Of a DNA stretch of 64,000 bases, positions 27,134 to 46,295 are shown in pieces; positions within the stretch are counted from its first letter, which is position 1; every line of letters starts with the position of its first letter. The translations under genes and the position numbers were made by a program. The notes under the pieces are model-generated. The model searched no databases, was not told where the DNA came from, and was given only the letters and a program-made list of their open reading frames with translations. Source of the stretch: Escherichia coli. GTDB taxonomy: Bacteria > Pseudomonadota > Gammaproteobacteria > Enterobacterales > Enterobacteriaceae. Where the stretch lies: the NCBI RefSeq assembly GCF_024298765.1, contig NZ_CP101210.1. The stretch is one strand, 5' to 3'.

Positions 27134-28123
27134 ATGCACAAATTTACTAAAGGCCTGGCAGCCATTGGTCTGGCAGCCGTTATGTCACAATCCGCTATGG
27201 CGGAGAACCTGAAGCTCGGTTTCCTGGTGAAGCAACCGGAAGAGCCGTGGTTCCAGACCGAATGGAAGTTTGCCGATAAAGCCGGGAAAGATTTAGGGTT
27301 TGAAGTTATTAAGATTGCCGTGCCGGATGGCGAAAAAACATTGAACGCTATCGACAGCCTGGCTGCCAGTGGCGCGAAAGGTTTCGTTATTTGTACTCCG
27401 GACCCGAAACTCGGCTCTGCCATCGTGGCGAAAGCGCGTGGCTACGATATGAAAGTCATTGCCGTGGATGACCAGTTTGTTAACGCCAAAGGTAAGCCAA
27501 TGGATACCGTTCCGCTGGTGATGATGGCTGCGACCAAAATTGGCGAACGTCAGGGCCAGGAACTGTATAAAGAGATGCAGAAACGTGGCTGGGATGTCAA
27601 AGAAAGCGCGGTGATGGCGATTACCGCCAACGAACTGGATACCGCCCGCCGCCGTACAACGGGTTCTATGGACGCACTGAAAGCTGCAGGATTCCCGGAA
27701 AAACAAATTTATCAGGTACCTACCAAATCTAACGACATCCCGGGGGCATTTGACGCTGCCAACTCAATGCTGGTTCAACATCCGGAAGTTAAACATTGGC
27801 TGATCGTCGGTATGAACGACAGCACCGTGCTGGGCGGCGTACGCGCGACGGAAGGTCAGGGCTTTAAAGCGGCCGATATCATCGGTATCGGTATTAACGG
27901 TGTGGATGCGGTGAGCGAACTGTCTAAGGCACAGGCAACCGGCTTCTACGGTTCCCTGCTGCCAAGCCCGGACGTACATGGTTATAAGTCCAGCGAAATG
28001 CTTTACAACTGGGTAGCAAAAGACGTTGAACCGCCAAAATTTACCGAAGTTACCGACGTGGTGCTGATCACGCGTGACAACTTTAAAGAAGAACTGGAGA
28101 AAAAAGGTTTAGGCGGTAAGTAA
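27134..28123 (+). CDS. araF: L-arabinose ABC transporter periplasmic binding protein
   Basis: Starts MHKFTKGLAAIGLAAVMSQSAMA (signal peptide) at internal Met of the track ORF. Confidence 0.9.
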   Translation: MHKFTKGLAAIGLAAVMSQSAMAENLKLGFLVKQPEEPWFQTEWKFADKAGKDLGFEVIKIAVPDGEKTLNAIDSLAASGAKGFVICTPDPKLGSAIVAKARGYDMKVIAVDDQFVNAKGKPMDTVPLVMMAATKIGERQGQELYKEMQKRGWDVKESAVMAITANELDTARRRTTGSMDALKAAGFPEKQIYQVPTKSNDIPGAFDAANSMLVQHPEVKHWLIVGMNDSTVLGGVRATEGQGFKAADIIGIGINGVDAVSELSKAQATGFYGSLLPSPDVHGYKSSEMLYNWVAKDVEPPKFTEVTDVVLITRDNFKEELEKKGLGGK

Positions 28124-28192
28124 TTTGCCGGAAAGATTCCCCTCTGCATGATGCAGAGGGGGTGTGAACGACCAGTGATTCACGGAGACGTT

Positions 28193-29707
28193 ATGCAACA
28201 GTCTACCCCGTATCTCTCATTTCGCGGCATCGGTAAAACGTTTCCCGGCGTTAAGGCGCTGACGGATATTAGTTTTGACTGCTATGCCGGTCAGGTTCAT
28301 GCGTTGATGGGTGAAAATGGCGCAGGAAAATCAACTCTCTTAAAAATCCTCAGCGGAAACTATGCGCCAACCACGGGTTCTGTAGTGATTAATGGGCAGG
28401 AAATGTCCTTTTCCGACACGACCGCAGCACTTAACGCGGGGGTGGCGATTATTTACCAGGAGCTGCATCTCGTGCCGGAAATGACCGTCGCGGAAAACAT
28501 CTATCTCGGCCAGCTGCCGCATAAAGGCGGCATTGTCAATCGCTCATTGCTGAATTATGAGGCGGGTTTACAACTTAAACATCTTGGTATGGATATTGAC
28601 CCGGACACGCCGCTGAAATATCTCTCCATTGGTCAGTGGCAGATGGTTGAAATTGCCAAAGCCCTGGCGCGTAATGCCAAAATTATCGCCTTTGATGAGC
28701 CAACCAGCTCCCTCTCTGCCCGTGAAATCGACAATCTTTTCCGCGTTATTCGTGAACTGCGAAAAGAGGGGCGGGTGATCTTATACGTTTCTCACCGTAT
28801 GGAAGAAATATTTGCCCTCAGCGATGCCATCACTGTCTTTAAAGATGGACGTTATGTCAAAACCTTTACCGATATGCAGCAGGTTGACCACGACGCCCTG
28901 GTGCAGGCGATGGTCGGGCGCGACATCGGCGATATCTACGGCTGGCAACCGCGTAGTTATGGCGAGGAGCGGCTGCGTCTTGATGCTGTGAAAGCACCAG
29001 GCGTACGTACGCCAATAAGTCTGGCGGTTCGCAGTGGTGAAATTGTCGGTCTGTTTGGTCTGGTCGGGGCAGGGCGTAGCGAATTAATGAAAGGCATGTT
29101 TGGCGGGACGCAAATCACCGCCGGTCAGGTTTATATCGACCAACAGCCGATCGATATTCGTAAACCGAGCCACGCCATTGCCGCAGGCATGATGCTCTGC
29201 CCGGAAGATCGCAAAGCGGAAGGCATTATTCCCGTGCACTCCGTTCGCGACAATATCAACATCAGTGCCAGACGTACACATGTGCTCGGCGGTTGTGTAA
29301 TCAACAACGGTTGGGAAGAAAACAATGCCGATCACCACATTCGTTCGCTCAACATCAAAACGCCGGGCGCTGATCAACTGATCATGAATCTCTCAGGCGG
29401 AAATCAGCAAAAAGCCATTCTGGGCCGCTGGTTATCGGAAGAGATGAAGGTCATTTTGCTGGATGAACCTACGCGCGGCATTGATGTTGGTGCTAAGCAC
29501 GAAATATATAACGTAATTTATGCGCTGGCGGCGCAGGGTGTGGCGGTGCTGTTTGCCTCCAGCGACTTACCTGAAGTCCTCGGCGTTGCCGACCGGATTG
29601 TGGTGATGCGGGAAGGCGAAATCGCCGGTGAATTGTTACACGAGCAGGCAGATGAGCGTCAGGCACTGAGCCTTGCGATGCCTAAAGTCAGCCAGGCAGT
29701 TGCCTGA
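28193..29707 (+). CDS. araG: L-arabinose ABC transporter ATP-binding protein
   Basis: Two ABC cassettes (GENGAGKST Walker A, LSGGNQQK signature); start [10 protein letters not shown]. Confidence 0.9.
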   Translation: MQQSTPYLSFRGIGKTFPGVKALTDISFDCYAGQVHALMGENGAGKSTLLKILSGNYAPTTGSVVINGQEMSFSDTTAALNAGVAIIYQELHLVPEMTVAENIYLGQLPHKGGIVNRSLLNYEAGLQLKHLGMDIDPDTPLKYLSIGQWQMVEIAKALARNAKIIAFDEPTSSLSAREIDNLFRVIRELRKEGRVILYVSHRMEEIFALSDAITVFKDGRYVKTFTDMQQVDHDALVQAMVGRDIGDIYGWQPRSYGEERLRLDAVKAPGVRTPISLAVRSGEIVGLFGLVGAGRSELMKGMFGGTQITAGQVYIDQQPIDIRKPSHAIAAGMMLCPEDRKAEGIIPVHSVRDNINISARRTHVLGGCVINNGWEENNADHHIRSLNIKTPGADQLIMNLSGGNQQKAILGRWLSEEMKVILLDEPTRGIDVGAKHEIYNVIYALAAQGVAVLFASSDLPEVLGVADRIVVMREGEIAGELLHEQADERQALSLAMPKVSQAVA

Positions 29708-29721
29708 GTAAGGAGAGTATG

Positions 29722-33074
<3,353 letters not shown>

Positions 33075-33080
33075 GAGCGG

Positions 33081-33509
33081 TTAATCTCCCGTAAGTGGAA
33101 CTAACAGCACATCGACCTCACTTGAGGCAATCACTCTTTTCGCCGAGCAGGATGCTCGCGAAAAGAAACTGTGATTGTGATTACCGCAAATCACCAAATC
33201 GAAATGATATTTGCGACAAACTTCCAGAATATGTTCGCTTAACTCACCGTAGGCAATAAACGTCTTGTCAACGGGATACCCCGCATCCTGAATTAACTTA
33301 TCAAGAAAGCTTTGCGTTTCTTCCTGCATCACGCTGCGTAAATCTTCAAGCATCGGCGCAGCTAATTGATTGTACATTTCCGGGTCGGAAGCGAGAGTAA
33401 TTAAACTGATGTGTCCCTTTACTGGCCTGGCGATAGATACCGCTTTTGCCAGCAGTTGCTGACTTTCCGGTGTAACCGCAACAGCGACAAGAATATTGCT
33501 ATAGCTCAT
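33081..33509 (-). CDS. uspC: universal stress protein C
   Basis: 142-aa Usp-family ORF convergent with otsA. Confidence 0.85.
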   Translation of the reverse strand: MSYSNILVAVAVTPESQQLLAKAVSIARPVKGHISLITLASDPEMYNQLAAPMLEDLRSVMQEETQSFLDKLIQDAGYPVDKTFIAYGELSEHILEVCRKYHFDLVICGNHNHSFFSRASCSAKRVIASSEVDVLLVPLTGD

Positions 33510-34289
33510 AACCTGTTCCTTATTCTGTGAACTTCAGGTGACATTAAAGCTTTACTCCTAATGGAGAAACGACGCAATCCCAACTCAGTCAAACAGGTAA
33601 ATATTAGCGTGATTATTAGTAAATACAATTAATCAATCACTCTCGGTGATCATATGATTTCAACTGTAATTATAAGAAAATAATGTACTGATTCTCCATA
33701 TTAAACAAGTGGTTAATATATGTAAAACATTTTATTAACATTAAGTTGATTGTTGCCTTTCTTTGTATTTAATTAGTTTGTTGTGCGGTAAGTGTCTGTT
33801 TAAAAATAGCTTATCTGGTATTGCATTAAAGCAATTATTTATAGCAGATGATTATTTACGGTGAGTTATTTTAACTGTGCGCAACATCCCATTTCTATTA
33901 TTCCTGTTTCATTTTTGCTTGCTAGCGTCGCGAAAAACTTTTTAACAGATTGAAATACACCCAAAACAAAAGTATGACTTATACATTTATGTTAAGTAAT
34001 TGAGCGTTTTGTGTGATCTGCATCACACATTATTGAAAATCGCAGCCCCCCTCCGTTGTATGTGCGTGTAGTGACGAGTAAAGTTGCGTCGATTTAGGAA
34101 AAATCTTAGATAAGTGTAAAGAACCCCTTCTATTTGTAAGGACTTATTAAATCCCACAAAGGGGCTCTGCCTATTGCAGCTTATCGCAACTATTCTAATG
34201 CTAATTATTTTTTACCGGGGCTTCCCGGCGACATCACGGGGTGCGGTGAGACCGCATAAAAATAAAGTTGGTTATTCTGGGTGGGAATA
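33510..34289 (+). promoter_or_regulatory. flhDC promoter and long 5' leader region
   Basis: About 780-bp AT-rich non-coding interval upstream of flhD; no insertion sequence present. Confidence 0.6.
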
Positions 34290-34640
34290 ATGCATACCTC
34301 CGAGTTGCTGAAACACATTTATGACATCAACTTGTCATATTTACTACTTGCACAGCGTCTGATTGTTCAGGACAAAGCGTCCGCTATGTTTCGTCTCGGC
34401 ATAAATGAAGAAATGGCGACAACGTTAGCGGCACTGACTCTTCCGCAAATGGTTAAGCTGGCAGAAACCAATCAACTGGTTTGTCACTTCCGTTTTGACA
34501 GTCACCAGACGATTACTCAGTTGACGCAAGATTCCCGCGTTGACGATCTCCAGCAAATTCATACCGGCATCATGCTCTCAACACGCTTGCTGAATGATGT
34601 TAATCAGCCTGAAGAAGCGCTGCGCAAGAAAAGGGCCTGA
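34290..34640 (+). CDS. flhD: flagellar master regulator FlhD
   Basis: Starts [24 protein letters not shown], 116 aa. Confidence 0.9.
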
Positions 34641-34642
34641 TC

Positions 34643-35221
34643 ATGAGTGAAAAAAGCATTGTTCAGGAAGCGCGGGATATTCAGCTGGCAATGGAATTGA
34701 TCACCCTGGGCGCTCGTTTGCAGATGCTGGAAAGCGAAACACAGTTAAGTCGCGGACGCCTGATAAAACTCTATAAAGAACTGCGCGGAAGCCCACCGCC
34801 GAAAGGCATGCTGCCATTCTCAACCGACTGGTTTATGACCTGGGAACAAAACGTTCATGCTTCGATGTTCTGTAACGCATGGCAGTTTTTACTGAAAACC
34901 GGTTTGTGTAATGGCGTCGATGCGGTGATCAAAGCCTACCGTTTATACCTTGAACAGTGCCCGCAAGCAGAAGAGGGACCGCTGCTGGCATTAACCCGTG
35001 CCTGGACATTGGTGCGGTTTGTTGAAAGTGGATTACTGCAACTTTCCAGCTGCAACTGCTGCGGCGGCAATTTTATTACCCACGCTCACCAGCCTGTTGG
35101 CAGCTTTGCCTGCAGCTTATGTCAGCCGCCATCCCGGGCAGTAAAAAGACGTAAACTTTCCCAGAATCCTGCCGATATTATCCCACAACTGCTGGATGAA
35201 CAGAGAGTACAGGCTGTTTAA
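34643..35221 (+). CDS. flhC: flagellar master regulator FlhC
   Basis: 192 aa with CNCCGG...CSLC zinc-binding cysteines. Confidence 0.9.
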
Positions 35222-35245
35222 CTGATACGGTGTGGCGAAACATTC

Positions 35246-35279
35246 CAGCAGCGGTAACGACGTACCGCTGCTTTTTTTT
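35246..35279 (+). terminator. rho-independent terminator after flhC
   Basis: CAGCAGCGG...CCGCTGC hairpin followed by a T8 run. Confidence 0.7.
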
Positions 35280-35347
35280 GCCCCTATCGCGTGTTAACGC
35301 CTGACGACTGAACATCCTGTCATGGTCAACAGTGGAAGGATGATGTC

Positions 35348-36231
35348 GTGCTTATCTTATTAGGTTACCTGGTTGTTCTCGGTACAGTTTTCGGCGGTTA
35401 TTTGATGACCGGTGGAAGCCTTGGAGCACTCTATCAACCCGCTGAACTGGTGATTATTGCCGGTGCAGGGATTGGGTCGTTTATCGTCGGCAATAATGGC
35501 AAAGCGATTAAAGGCACGCTGAAGGCGCTGCCGTTGCTGTTTCGTCGCTCCAAATACACCAAAGCAATGTATATGGATCTGCTGGCTCTGCTTTATCGGT
35601 TGATGGCGAAATCGCGGCAGATGGGGATGTTTTCGCTGGAACGTGATATTGAAAATCCCCGTGAGAGCGAGATCTTCGCCAGCTACCCACGCATCCTTGC
35701 GGATAGCGTCATGCTTGAATTTATCGTCGATTATCTGCGCCTGATTATCAGCGGTCACATGAACACCTTCGAAATCGAAGCTCTGATGGATGAAGAGATT
35801 GAGACGCACGAAAGCGAGGCAGAAGTCCCGGCGAACAGTCTGGCGCTGGTCGGTGACTCACTTCCGGCGTTTGGTATTGTTGCGGCTGTAATGGGGGTCG
35901 TTCACGCGTTAGGTTCAGCCGATCGTCCTGCCGCCGAGCTGGGGGCGCTTATCGCACATGCGATGGTGGGGACTTTCCTCGGTATTTTATTGGCTTACGG
36001 ATTTATTTCCCCATTAGCGAGTGTTTTACGTCAGAAAAGCGCCGAAACCAGCAAAATGATGCAGTGCGTCAAAGTCACACTGCTATCTAATCTGAACGGT
36101 TACGCACCGCCTATCGCCGTTGAGTTTGGTCGCAAAACGCTCTATTCCAGCGAACGTCCGTCGTTTATTGAACTGGAAGAGCATGTGCGTGCGGTGAAAA
36201 ATCCGCAACAACAGACGACAACCGAGGAAGC

Positions 36232-36235
<4 letters not shown>
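35348..36235 (+). CDS. motA: flagellar motor stator protein MotA
   Basis: 295-aa four-TM protein; conserved operon. Confidence 0.95.
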
Positions 36236-39127
<2,892 letters not shown>

Positions 39128-39147
39128 ATGAGTAAAAAGGTAACAAT

Positions 39148-39651
39148 ATGACCGGTATGACGAATGTAACAAAGCTGGCCAGCGAGCCGTCAGGCCAGGA
39201 ATTTCTGGTATTTACCCTTGGTGATGAAGAGTACGGTATTGATATTCTGAAAGTGCAGGAGATCCGTGGCTACGATCAGGTAACACGGATTGCGAACACG
39301 CCAGCGTTTATCAAAGGCGTCACGAATCTGCGCGGTGTTATTGTGCCGATTGTGGACTTACGAATTAAGTTCAGCCAGGTGGATGTGGACTATAACGACA
39401 ACACGGTAGTTATCGTCCTGAATCTCGGACAGCGGGTGGTCGGCATCGTGGTTGACGGCGTCTCAGACGTGCTTTCATTGACGGCGGAGCAAATTCGTCC
39501 GGCACCGGAATTTGCCGTGACGCTTTCAACAGAATATCTCACTGGACTGGGTGCACTGGGCGACCGTATGTTGATTCTGGTGAACATCGAAAAACTGCTG
39601 AACAGCGAAGAGATGGCGCTATTAGATAGCGCGGCGTCAGAAGTGGCGTAA
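39148..39651 (+). CDS. cheW: chemotaxis coupling protein CheW
   Basis: 167-aa ORF after cheA. Confidence 0.95.
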
Positions 39652-39737
39652 TTCTCCCGATTTCCTCAATTGCAATGAACCCGATGATCTGCGCATCGGG
39701 TTTTTTATTTCAGTTTCGCGGCGGGTGGCATCAGCAA

Positions 39738-39764
39738 TAAAGTTTCCCCCTTCCTTGCCGATAA
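39738..39764 (+). promoter_or_regulatory. sigma-28 (FliA) class 3 promoter upstream of tar
   Basis: TAAAGTTT - 15 nt - GCCGATAA matches the sigma-28 consensus TAAA-N15-GCCGATAA. Confidence 0.6.
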
Positions 39765-39795
39765 CGAGATCAACTTGTTTTCAGGAAGGTGCCTT

Positions 39796-41457
39796 ATGAT
39801 TAACCGTATCCGCGTAGTCACGCTGTTGGTAATGGTGCTGGGGGTATTCGCACTGTTACAGCTTATTTCCGGCAGTCTGTTTTTTTCTTCCCTTCACCAT
39901 AGCCAGAAGAGCTTTGTGGTTTCCAATCAATTACGGGAACAGCAGGGCGAGCTGACGTCAACATGGGATTTAATGCTGCAAACGCGCATTAACCTGAGTC
40001 GTTCAGCGGTGCGGATGATGATGGATTCATCCAATCAGCAAAGTAATGCCAAAGTTGAATTGCTCGATAGCGCCAGGAAAACATTGGCCCAGGCAGCGAC
40101 TCATTATAAAAAATTCAAAAGCATGGCACCGTTACCTGAAATGGTCGCTACCAGTCGTAATATTGATGAAAAATATAAAAACTATCACACAGCGTTAACT
40201 GAACTGATTGATTATCTTGATTATGGCAATACTGGAGCTTATTTCGCTCAGCCAACCCAGGGAATGCAAAATGCAATGGGCGAAGCGTTTGCTCAGTACG
40301 CCCTCAGCAGTGAAAAACTGTATCGCGATATCGTCACTGACAACGCAGATGATTACCGATTTGCCCAGTGGCAACTGGCGGTTATCGCGCTGGTGGTGGT
40401 ATTGATTCTGCTGGTGGCGTGGTACGGCATTCGCCGTATGTTGCTTACACCGCTGGCAAAAATTATTGCTCACATTCGCGAAATCGCCGGTGGTAACCTG
40501 GCGAATACCCTGACCATTGACGGGCGCAGTGAAATGGGCGACCTGGCGCAGAGCGTTTCACATATGCAACGCTCTTTGACTGACACCGTCACTCATGTGC
40601 GTGAAGGTTCAGATGCCATCTATGCCGGTACCCGTGAAATTGCGGCGGGCAACACCGATCTTTCCTCCCGTACGGAACAGCAGGCATCCGCGCTGGAAGA
40701 AACTGCCGCCAGCATGGAGCAGCTCACCGCGACAGTGAAGCAAAACGCCGATAACGCCCGCCAGGCCTCGCAACTGGCGCAAAGTGCCTCCGACACCGCC
40801 CAGCACGGCGGCAAAGTGGTGGATGGCGTAGTGAAAACGATGCATGAGATCGCCGATAGTTCGAAGAAAATTGCCGACATTATCAGCGTTATCGATGGTA
40901 TTGCCTTCCAGACTAATATACTCGCGCTGAATGCCGCTGTTGAAGCCGCGCGAGCGGGTGAACAGGGCCGTGGTTTTGCCGTGGTGGCGGGCGAAGTGCG
41001 TAATCTTGCCAGTCGCAGCGCCCAGGCGGCAAAAGAGATCAAAGCCCTCATTGAAGACTCCGTCTCGCGCGTTGATACCGGTTCGGTGCTGGTCGAAAGC
41101 GCCGGGGAAACAATGAACAATATCGTCAATGCTGTCACCCGCGTGACTGACATTATGGGCGAGATTGCATCGGCATCGGATGAACAGAGCCGTGGCATCG
41201 ATCAAGTCGCATTGGCGGTTTCGGAAATGGATCGCGTCACGCAACAGAACGCATCGCTGGTGCAGGAATCAGCTGCCGCCGCAGCTGCGCTGGAAGAACA
41301 GGCGAGTCGTTTAACGCAAGCGGTTTCCGCGTTCCGTCTGGCAGCCAGCCCACTCACCAATAAACCGCAAACACCATCCCGTCCTGCCAGTGAGCAACCA
41401 CCGGCACAGCCACGACTGCGAATTACTGAACAAGATCCAAACTGGGAAACATTTTGA
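39796..41457 (+). CDS. tar: methyl-accepting chemotaxis protein II (aspartate/maltose receptor)
   Basis: Starts [21 protein letters not shown], 553 aa, conserved MCP signalling domain. Confidence 0.95.
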   Translation: MINRIRVVTLLVMVLGVFALLQLISGSLFFSSLHHSQKSFVVSNQLREQQGELTSTWDLMLQTRINLSRSAVRMMMDSSNQQSNAKVELLDSARKTLAQAATHYKKFKSMAPLPEMVATSRNIDEKYKNYHTALTELIDYLDYGNTGAYFAQPTQGMQNAMGEAFAQYALSSEKLYRDIVTDNADDYRFAQWQLAVIALVVVLILLVAWYGIRRMLLTPLAKIIAHIREIAGGNLANTLTIDGRSEMGDLAQSVSHMQRSLTDTVTHVREGSDAIYAGTREIAAGNTDLSSRTEQQASALEETAASMEQLTATVKQNADNARQASQLAQSASDTAQHGGKVVDGVVKTMHEIADSSKKIADIISVIDGIAFQTNILALNAAVEAARAGEQGRGFAVVAGEVRNLASRSAQAAKEIKALIEDSVSRVDTGSVLVESAGETMNNIVNAVTRVTDIMGEIASASDEQSRGIDQVALAVSEMDRVTQQNASLVQESAAAAAALEEQASRLTQAVSAFRLAASPLTNKPQTPSRPASEQPPAQPRLRITEQDPNWETF

Positions 41458-41502
41458 CGAGTTTTTACTAACGCGGTCATTGCCGCCTGATGGGGAGCGT
41501 TG

Positions 41503-43104
41503 ATGTTTAATCGTATTCGAATTTCGACCACGCTGTTTTTAATTTTGATTCTCTGCGGGATCTTGCAGATTGGCAGTAACGGCATGTCTTTTTGGGCATT
41601 TCGCGACGATTTGCAACGACTGAATCAGGTCGAGCAGAGCAATCAGCAACGTGCGGCATTAGCGCAAACTCGGGCGGTAATGTTACAGGCCAGTACCGCG
41701 CTGAACAAAGCGGGCACTCTGACGGCGCTTAGCTATCCGGCGGATGACATTAAAACGTTGATGACGACGGCGCGCGCCAGTCTGACGCAATCCACCACGC
41801 TGTTTAAAAGTTTTATGGCGATGACTGCGGGCAACGAGCACGTCAGGGCGTTGCAAAAAGAGACGGAGAAAAGTTTTGCCCGCTGGCACAACGATCTCGA
41901 ACATCAGGCGACCTGGCTTGAAAGTAATCAACTTTCGGATTTCCTCACTGCGCCGGTGCAGGAATCACAGAATGCGTTTGACGTTAACTTTGAGGCCTGG
42001 CAGCTGGAGATCAACCATGTGCTGGAAGCTGCCAGTGCGCAAAGCCAGCGTAACTATCACATTTCGGCGCTGGTGTTTATCAGCATGATTATTGTTGCAG
42101 CGCTCTACATCAGCAGTGCGCTGTGGTGGACGCGCAAGATGATTGTTCAACCACTGGCCATCATCGGTAGCCATTTTGACAGCATTGCTGCGGGTAATCT
42201 GGCGCGTCCGATTGCAGTGTATGGTCGCAATGAGATCACCGCCATTTTTGCCAGTCTGAAGACCATGCAGCAGGCTTTGCGTGGGACGGTAAGTGATGTG
42301 CGTAAGGGAAGCCAGGAGATGCACATTGGTATCGCGGAGATTGTCGCAGGCAATAACGATCTCTCAAGTCGTACCGAACAGCAGGCGGCATCGCTGGCAC
42401 AAACGGCCGCCAGTATGGAGCAATTAACCGCCACGGTAGGGCAAAACGCCGATAACGCACGACAGGCGTCGGAACTGGCAAAAAATGCCGCGACAACGGC
42501 GCAGGCGGGCGGTGTTCAGGTCAGTACCATGACTCACACCATGCAGGAGATCGCCACCAGCTCGCAAAAAATTGGCGACATTATCAGCGTTATCGACGGC
42601 ATTGCTTTCCAGACCAATATTCTGGCCCTGAATGCGGCAGTGGAAGCGGCTCGCGCCGGAGAGCAGGGGCGTGGTTTTGCGGTAGTGGCAGGTGAAGTGC
42701 GCAATCTTGCCAGCCGTAGCGCCCAGGCAGCAAAAGAGATCAAAGGGCTGATCGAAGAGTCAGTCAATCGTGTCCAGCAGGGTTCGAAACTGGTGAATAA
42801 CGCCGCCGCGACCATGACCGATATTGTCAGTTCGGTGACCCGCGTGAACGACATTATGGGAGAAATTGCTTCGGCGTCGGAAGAACAATGGCGGGGGATT
42901 GAGCAGGTTGCACAGGCTGTCAGCCAGATGGATCAGGTGACTCAGCAGAACGCCTCGCTGGTAGAAGAAGCGGCGGCGGCAACGGAACAACTGGCGAACC
43001 AGGCTGACCATCTTTCGTCGCGTGTGGCGGTATTTACCCTTGAAGAACATGAAGTAGCACGACATGAGTCGGCGCAGTTACATATTGCGCCAGTGGTATC
43101 CTGA
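41503..43104 (+). CDS. tap: methyl-accepting chemotaxis protein IV (dipeptide/pyrimidine receptor)
   Basis: Starts MFNRIRISTTLFLILILCG, 533 aa, directly downstream of tar. Confidence 0.9.
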   Translation: MFNRIRISTTLFLILILCGILQIGSNGMSFWAFRDDLQRLNQVEQSNQQRAALAQTRAVMLQASTALNKAGTLTALSYPADDIKTLMTTARASLTQSTTLFKSFMAMTAGNEHVRALQKETEKSFARWHNDLEHQATWLESNQLSDFLTAPVQESQNAFDVNFEAWQLEINHVLEAASAQSQRNYHISALVFISMIIVAALYISSALWWTRKMIVQPLAIIGSHFDSIAAGNLARPIAVYGRNEITAIFASLKTMQQALRGTVSDVRKGSQEMHIGIAEIVAGNNDLSSRTEQQAASLAQTAASMEQLTATVGQNADNARQASELAKNAATTAQAGGVQVSTMTHTMQEIATSSQKIGDIISVIDGIAFQTNILALNAAVEAARAGEQGRGFAVVAGEVRNLASRSAQAAKEIKGLIEESVNRVQQGSKLVNNAAATMTDIVSSVTRVNDIMGEIASASEEQWRGIEQVAQAVSQMDQVTQQNASLVEEAAAATEQLANQADHLSSRVAVFTLEEHEVARHESAQLHIAPVVS

Positions 43105-43122
43105 AGTGATTGAGAAGGCGCT

Positions 43123-43983
43123 ATGACTTCATCTCTGCCCTGTGGGCAAACGTCTTTATTGTTACAGATGACCGAGCGCCTGGCGCTTTCCGACGCGCAT
43201 TTTCGGCGGATAAGTCAATTGATCTATCAACGAGCCGGGATCGTTCTGGCTGACCATAAACGCGACATGGTTTACAACCGACTGGTTCGTCGTTTGCGTT
43301 CGCTGGGACTGACGGATTTCGGCCATTACCTGAACTTGCTGGAATCTAATCAGCACAGCGGTGAGTGGCAGGCGTTTATCAATTCGCTGACCACGAATCT
43401 GACGGCTTTTTTCCGTGAGGCGCATCATTTTCCTCTGCTCGCGGATCACGCCCGGCGTCGTTCTGGCGAGTATCGCGTATGGAGCGCGGCGGCTTCGACC
43501 GGCGAAGAGCCGTACAGCATTGCGATGACGCTGGCTGACACATTGGGCACCGTGCCCGGACGCTGGAAAGTGTTTGCCAGTGATATCGACACCGAAGTGC
43601 TGGAAAAAGCCAGAAGCGGTATTTATCGCCATGAAGAGTTGAAAAACCTGACGCCGCAGCAACTGCAGCGGTACTTCATGCGAGGGACGGGACCGCATGA
43701 AGGGCTGGTACGCGTGCGTCAGGAGCTGGCGAACTATGTTGATTTTGCCCCGCTGAATTTACTGGCGAAACAGTACACCGTGCCGGGGCCGTTTGATGCG
43801 ATCTTCTGTCGTAACGTCATGATCTACTTCGATCAAACTACCCAGCAGGAGATTTTGCGCCGCTTTGTTCCGCTCCTTAAACCCGACGGATTGCTGTTTG
43901 CGGGTCACTCTGAAAACTTTAGCCACCTTGAGCGCCGCTTCACGCTGCGTGGTCAGACGGTGTATGCGCTAAGTAAGGATTAA
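43123..43983 (+). CDS. cheR: chemotaxis protein methyltransferase CheR
   Basis: 286-aa ORF in conserved position. Confidence 0.95.
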   Translation: MTSSLPCGQTSLLLQMTERLALSDAHFRRISQLIYQRAGIVLADHKRDMVYNRLVRRLRSLGLTDFGHYLNLLESNQHSGEWQAFINSLTTNLTAFFREAHHFPLLADHARRRSGEYRVWSAAASTGEEPYSIAMTLADTLGTVPGRWKVFASDIDTEVLEKARSGIYRHEELKNLTPQQLQRYFMRGTGPHEGLVRVRQELANYVDFAPLNLLAKQYTVPGPFDAIFCRNVMIYFDQTTQQEILRRFVPLLKPDGLLFAGHSENFSHLERRFTLRGQTVYALSKD

Positions 43984-43985
43984 CG

Positions 43986-45439
<1,454 letters not shown>

Positions 45440-45449
45440 GGATGCGACT

Positions 45450-46094
45450 ATGATGCAACCATCAATCAAACCTGCTGACGAGCATTCAGCTGGCGATATC
45501 ATTGCGCGTATCGGCAGCCTGACGCGTATGCTGCGCGACAGTTTGCGGGAGCTGGGGCTGGATCAGGCCATTGCCGAAGCGGCGGAAGCCATCCCCGATG
45601 CGCGCGATCGTTTGTACTATGTTGTGCAGATGACCGCCCAGGCTGCGGAGCGGGCGCTGAACAGTGTTGAGGCGTCACAACCGCATCAGGATCAAATGGA
45701 GAAATCAGCAAAAGCGTTAACCCAACGTTGGGATGACTGGTTTGCCGATCCGATTGACCTTGCCGACGCCCGAGAACTGGTAACAGATACGCGGCAATTT
45801 CTGGCAGATGTCCCCGCGCATACCAGCTTTACTAACGCGCAGCTGCTGGAAATCATGATGGCGCAGGATTTTCAGGATCTCACCGGACAGGTCATTAAGC
45901 GGATGATGGATGTCATTCAGGAGATCGAACGTCAGTTGCTGATGGTGCTGTTGGAAAACATCCCCGAACAGGAGTCGCGTCCAAAACGTGAAAACCAGAG
46001 TTTGCTTAATGGACCTCAGGTCGATACCAGCAAAGCCGGTGTGGTAGCCAGTCAGGATCAGGTGGACGATTTGTTGGATAGTCTTGGATTTTGA
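45450..46094 (+). CDS. cheZ: CheY-phosphate phosphatase CheZ
   Basis: Starts [22 protein letters not shown] at internal Met of the track ORF, 214 aa. Confidence 0.9.
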
Positions 46095-46102
46095 TTTGTA
46101 TT

Positions 46103-46170
46103 GCCTGATGTGGCGTGACTACGTCATATCAGGCGGTCGTATAACGCGATGACGCCGCATCCGACAAACG
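46103..46170. repeat. REP-like palindromic element(s) between cheZ and flhB
   Basis: GCCTGATGTGGCGTGACTACGTCATATCAGGC inverted repeat and GCGATGACGCCGCATCCG unit. Confidence 0.4.
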
Positions 46171-46295
46171 CATACTATGCTTGATGTGTGGCAGTAAAAG
46201 CCCTAAATCCCGCCTGTTTTGCCCCTTACTCAAACCATTGAACGCTTTGCGCTCTGGCATCATTTACGCTTAATACTCTTTCCAGGATTGGCGAT

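Noticed and set aside
40609-42854. Several minus-strand ORFs (211, 192, 119, 106 aa) within tar and tap
   Set aside because: Antisense to the alanine-rich MCP signalling domains; typical frame artefacts.
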